Position numbers and translations under genes: made by a program. The notes beneath the pieces are model-generated. The model was not told the origin of the DNA. It saw nothing but the letters and a program-made list of their open reading frames with translations, and did not search any database. A stretch of 64,000 bases of DNA from an uncultured Gammaproteobacteria bacterium (GTDB lineage: Bacteria; Pseudomonadota; Gammaproteobacteria; SZUA-229): positions 6,309-70,308 of the forward strand of contig CAWEEC010000092.1 of the NCBI GenBank assembly GCA_963807785.1, written 5' to 3'. The first letter of the stretch is position 1. Each line of letters opens with the position of its first letter. This document shows, piece after piece, positions 61,410 to 64,000 of the stretch.

Positions 61410-61566
61410 ATAATAATGCGTGCATCATTGCCGCGAATCACGCCTGGCTCGCATACGGATTACAAAGTATTGAAACCATAGCAATATACTGACTTTTCTT
61501 TGTTTTCAGCCAATTATTCTATAGTCTATATGTGCGCTTATTTGTGGAAAACATTAATACACCGCA

Positions 61567-62436
61567 TCAGTCGAACACCACTGTTCGATTACCACATACC
61601 AGCAGGTTGTGATTAAGCTGGTGCCATATCGCGCGCGCTAACACGACTTTCTCAAGGTCGCGGCCTTTTCTTATCATGTCATCAACCGTGTCTTTATGAC
61701 TGACGTGAACCACATCCTGTTCAATAATCGGACCCGCATCAAGATCTGCTGTCACATAATGACTGGTTGCGCCAATAATTTTCACGCCACGTTCGTAAGC
61801 TGAGTGGTAAGGGCGGCCGCCGGGAAAGGCGGGCAGAAATGAATGATGAATATTGATAATACGTTGCGGATAATGTTCGATAAAATTTTCGCTCAATATC
61901 TGCATATAGCGCGCAAGCACGATAAAGTCGATTTGGTATTTATCCAGCAACTCGAGCTGCTTCTGTTCCTGCGCCTGTTTGTTTTCCTTACTAACAGGCA
62001 AACAGAAATATTCAATATCAAATCGCTCGGCAACTGCGGCCATGTCGTTATGATTGCTTATGATCAGCGGTATATCCACCTGCCACTCACCGGCTTCATA
62101 ACGCGATAATATGTCATAAAAACAATGTGGTTTTTTTGATACAAACAAGGCCATTCGAGGCACATCATAAGAGAAATGCAACCACCATTGCATATCAAAG
62201 TGAGTGGCAACATTCGATGCGAACATCTCGCCAATCTGATCTGAAGCAAGTGCAAACTTTTCCAGGTCCCATTCGACCCGCATGAAAAACCTCTGATGCT
62301 CTGAATCAACATGCTGGTCCAGGCTGAGAATGTTTCCGCTGTTATTGAAAATAAAGTCGGTAATCGATACCACAATACCGGGTTTGTCTTTGCAATAAAT
62401 CAGCAGAATTGCAGAATTTGTGCTGGCATTATTCAT
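61567..62436 (-). CDS. purU: formyltetrahydrofolate deformylase
   Basis: 289 aa: N-terminal ACT domain and a formyltransferase domain (INIHHSFLPAFPG). Confidence 0.93.
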   Translation of the reverse strand: MNNASTNSAILLIYCKDKPGIVVSITDFIFNNSGNILSLDQHVDSEHQRFFMRVEWDLEKFALASDQIGEMFASNVATHFDMQWWLHFSYDVPRMALFVSKKPHCFYDILSRYEAGEWQVDIPLIISNHNDMAAVAERFDIEYFCLPVSKENKQAQEQKQLELLDKYQIDFIVLARYMQILSENFIEHYPQRIINIHHSFLPAFPGGRPYHSAYERGVKIIGATSHYVTADLDAGPIIEQDVVHVSHKDTVDDMIRKGRDLEKVVLARAIWHQLNHNLLVCGNRTVVFD

Positions 62437-62688
62437 TCTATAATTAATATTGATGTGTGGTTATTTTCCTGACACAAAGGTTAGCATGGAATATTCAACT
62501 TTCTAATTACTATTAGAGATTGAGCATGCGCTTGTATTAAAGGAATTAATTGTATTCGTATACATAAGTATAGTTAACATAGATCAATGCGTCGGCTAAC
62601 AACGCATGGTGAGATCTTGCCGGGCATGTTATTGTCAACAACATGTTTTTTTACATGCTTACACACTTGTTCAAAAACCGGGGCTGTC

Positions 62689-63390
62689 ATGAAGACACTG
62701 ATAAATAACTTTCTTGATGTTATAGGTTTCAATCGCCGCACGGTGAGTCACCGCGAGCGTATAATTACCAGCCTGGGCGGCTTCTGCGGCATTGTCGGTG
62801 TCTATTTCGTAAGTGACTCACTACTGGATGCGCAGGGCACAGCCATGATCGTTGCCTCTATGGGCGCTTCCGCCGTATTATTGTATGCCGTACCGCACTC
62901 TTCACTTGCTCAACCATGGAATGTTATAGGCGGCCACCTGGTATCCGCTGTCATTGGTGTTAGTTGTGCACGTTTTATTCCTGATATGCTGCTGGCTGCC
63001 GCACTTAGTGTTGGTTGCGCTATCGCAGCCATGCATTACTTACGCTGCATTCATCCACCAGGTGGTGCAACAGCATTGAGTGCCGTTATAGGTGGGCCCA
63101 TGGTTTACACACTGGGATATGGTTATGTACTACAACCGGTATTTATCAACTGTATCGTGATACTGGCTATCACTATCGTATTCAATGCATTGTTTGACTT
63201 TTACCGATACCCGGCACTGCGTGCTAAATCAGGCCTGCAAAATATAAAACATGATGACCATTACCCGCCAATTGCACATGCTGACCTGGTTTATGCACTC
63301 AGCCAGATTGATACCATGGTAACGGTAACAGAAGAAGATCTGCTGACTATTTATGAACTTGCCACCGGAAGAGATAAATCAGCCGGCTGA
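62689..63390 (+). CDS. HPP-family membrane protein
   Basis: The HPPGGATAL signature (CIHPPGGATAL) and four TM helices. I prefer ATG 62689 over 62587. Confidence 0.8.
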   Translation: MKTLINNFLDVIGFNRRTVSHRERIITSLGGFCGIVGVYFVSDSLLDAQGTAMIVASMGASAVLLYAVPHSSLAQPWNVIGGHLVSAVIGVSCARFIPDMLLAAALSVGCAIAAMHYLRCIHPPGGATALSAVIGGPMVYTLGYGYVLQPVFINCIVILAITIVFNALFDFYRYPALRAKSGLQNIKHDDHYPPIAHADLVYALSQIDTMVTVTEEDLLTIYELATGRDKSAG

Positions 63391-63411
63391 TGGTTGTATT
63401 ATATTTATTGC

Positions 63412-63627
63412 ATGAACGTGATTAATGAATCAAAACTGACTTGTCCCCTGTGTGGCTATGCTGAAACCATATCCATGGCGGAAGATTCATGCCTGTACTT
63501 CCATGAATGCCGCCAGTGTGGAAAGTTAATCAGGCCTAAAGCAGGGGACTGCTGTGTGTTCTGTTCCTATGGAAGCGTTCCCTGTCCATCGATACAAATC
63601 TCACAAGCAAACAACTCGTGTTGCTAG
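63412..63627 (+). CDS. small Cys-rich GDCCVxC-motif protein
   Basis: 71 aa: CPLCG...CRQCG...GDCCVFCSYG...CC. Starts 22 nt after the HPP gene stop. Confidence 0.65.
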   Translation: MNVINESKLTCPLCGYAETISMAEDSCLYFHECRQCGKLIRPKAGDCCVFCSYGSVPCPSIQISQANNSCC

Positions 63628-64000
63628 ACTGCAGTCATTTTATTGGATAGCACACCAATGCCTTCAATTGACACTTCTATCAGCTGACCATCTTCCATAG
63701 CAGCTGCGTTAAGCCCTGTGCCACAAGCGATGATATCGCCAGGATATAAGGTCATATCCTGCGAAATCATGCTTACCAGCTTTTGTGGTCTGAACACCAT
63801 ATCAGTCACCGGGTACTCCTGCAGCAACTTGCCGTCCAGTCTTGACTGAATAATCAGGGAATCTACATCAAGGCCGGTGGCAATCACTGGCCCAAAGACG
63901 CCAAAGCTGTCAAAACCTTTTGCGCGTGTCCATTGCGGAAATGATGGGTCGCGTTTCAGAATTTCTTTCGCTGTAACGTCATTAATGCAGGTATAGCCAA
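63624..64000 (-). CDS. fumarylacetoacetate hydrolase (FAH) family protein, 5' end runs off the window
   Basis: The listed 87-aa ORF continues upstream in frame to the window edge (GYTCINDVTAKEILKRDPSFPQWTRAKGFDSFGVFGPVIATGL...). This is a typical FAH C-terminal domain. Confidence 0.85.
   Translation of the reverse strand, partial: GYTCINDVTAKEILKRDPSFPQWTRAKGFDSFGVFGPVIATGLDVDSLIIQSRLDGKLLQEYPVTDMVFRPQKLVSMISQDMTLYPGDIIACGTGLNAAAMEDGQLIEVSIEGIGVLSNKMTAV

Noticed and set aside
62625-62652. Hairpin CATGTT-N9-AACATG followed by T7 upstream of the HPP gene: possible riboswitch expression platform.
   Set aside because: The stem is only 6 bp and AT-rich. No conserved aptamer-like sequence was recognisable in the 250-nt leader. 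The region can also be read as the 5' extension of the ORF from 62587.

Overview
The window looks like gammaproteobacterial chromosome: conserved backbone around two accessory or unusual blocks. I recognised no rRNA, tRNA, CRISPR array, IS element or prophage.

Backbone:
- The origin-proximal block mnmG-rsmG-parA-parB-atpIBEFHAGDC-glmU (47.8-60.6 kb).
- The E. coli 'yib'-type neighbourhood trmL / gpsA-secB-rhodanese, an EnvC-like gene, an S41 protease and a YibQ-like gene (31.7-38.1 kb).
- glnA, a DUF4124 gene and ntrB-ntrC (7.9-12.8 kb).

Four regions stand out:
1. 1-6.6 kb, a nitrogen-controlled locus. A NasT-type ANTAR regulator sits next to an operon with a sigma-54 promoter, an NtrC site and a leader terminator/antiterminator. 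The operon does not encode a canonical nirBD/nasA set. It encodes a NirB-type flavoprotein fused to a putative di-haem-b membrane module, a membrane-anchored 10-11-haem cytochrome c, a DUF3365 haem protein and a c5-type cytochrome. Beside it are decayed relics, a Ser/Thr kinase and a mobA stub.
2. 13.0-31.6 kb, an ~18.6 kb island. It has an MSH/T2SS-like type IV filament operon whose first gene is a PrsR-like sigma-54 activator. A multi-TM histidine kinase lies at its far end. Beyond that is an ABC-2 transporter operon interrupted by an orphan pilin gene with its own sigma-54 promoter.
3. 39.3-43.3 kb, four YceI-like paralogues. Three share a Cys-containing N-terminal extension.
4. 44.0-47.5 kb, a 1152-aa protein in the position usually held by glmS.

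Eight otherwise well-conserved genes are each broken by single-base +1 insertions. There are five insertions within 3.5 kb of the ATP synthase operon, and one each in the EnvC-like gene, mnmG and a YceI-like gene. This needs a sequencing-error versus real-decay check.

All calls come from reading the ORF translations and the DNA by eye. No database search was run.
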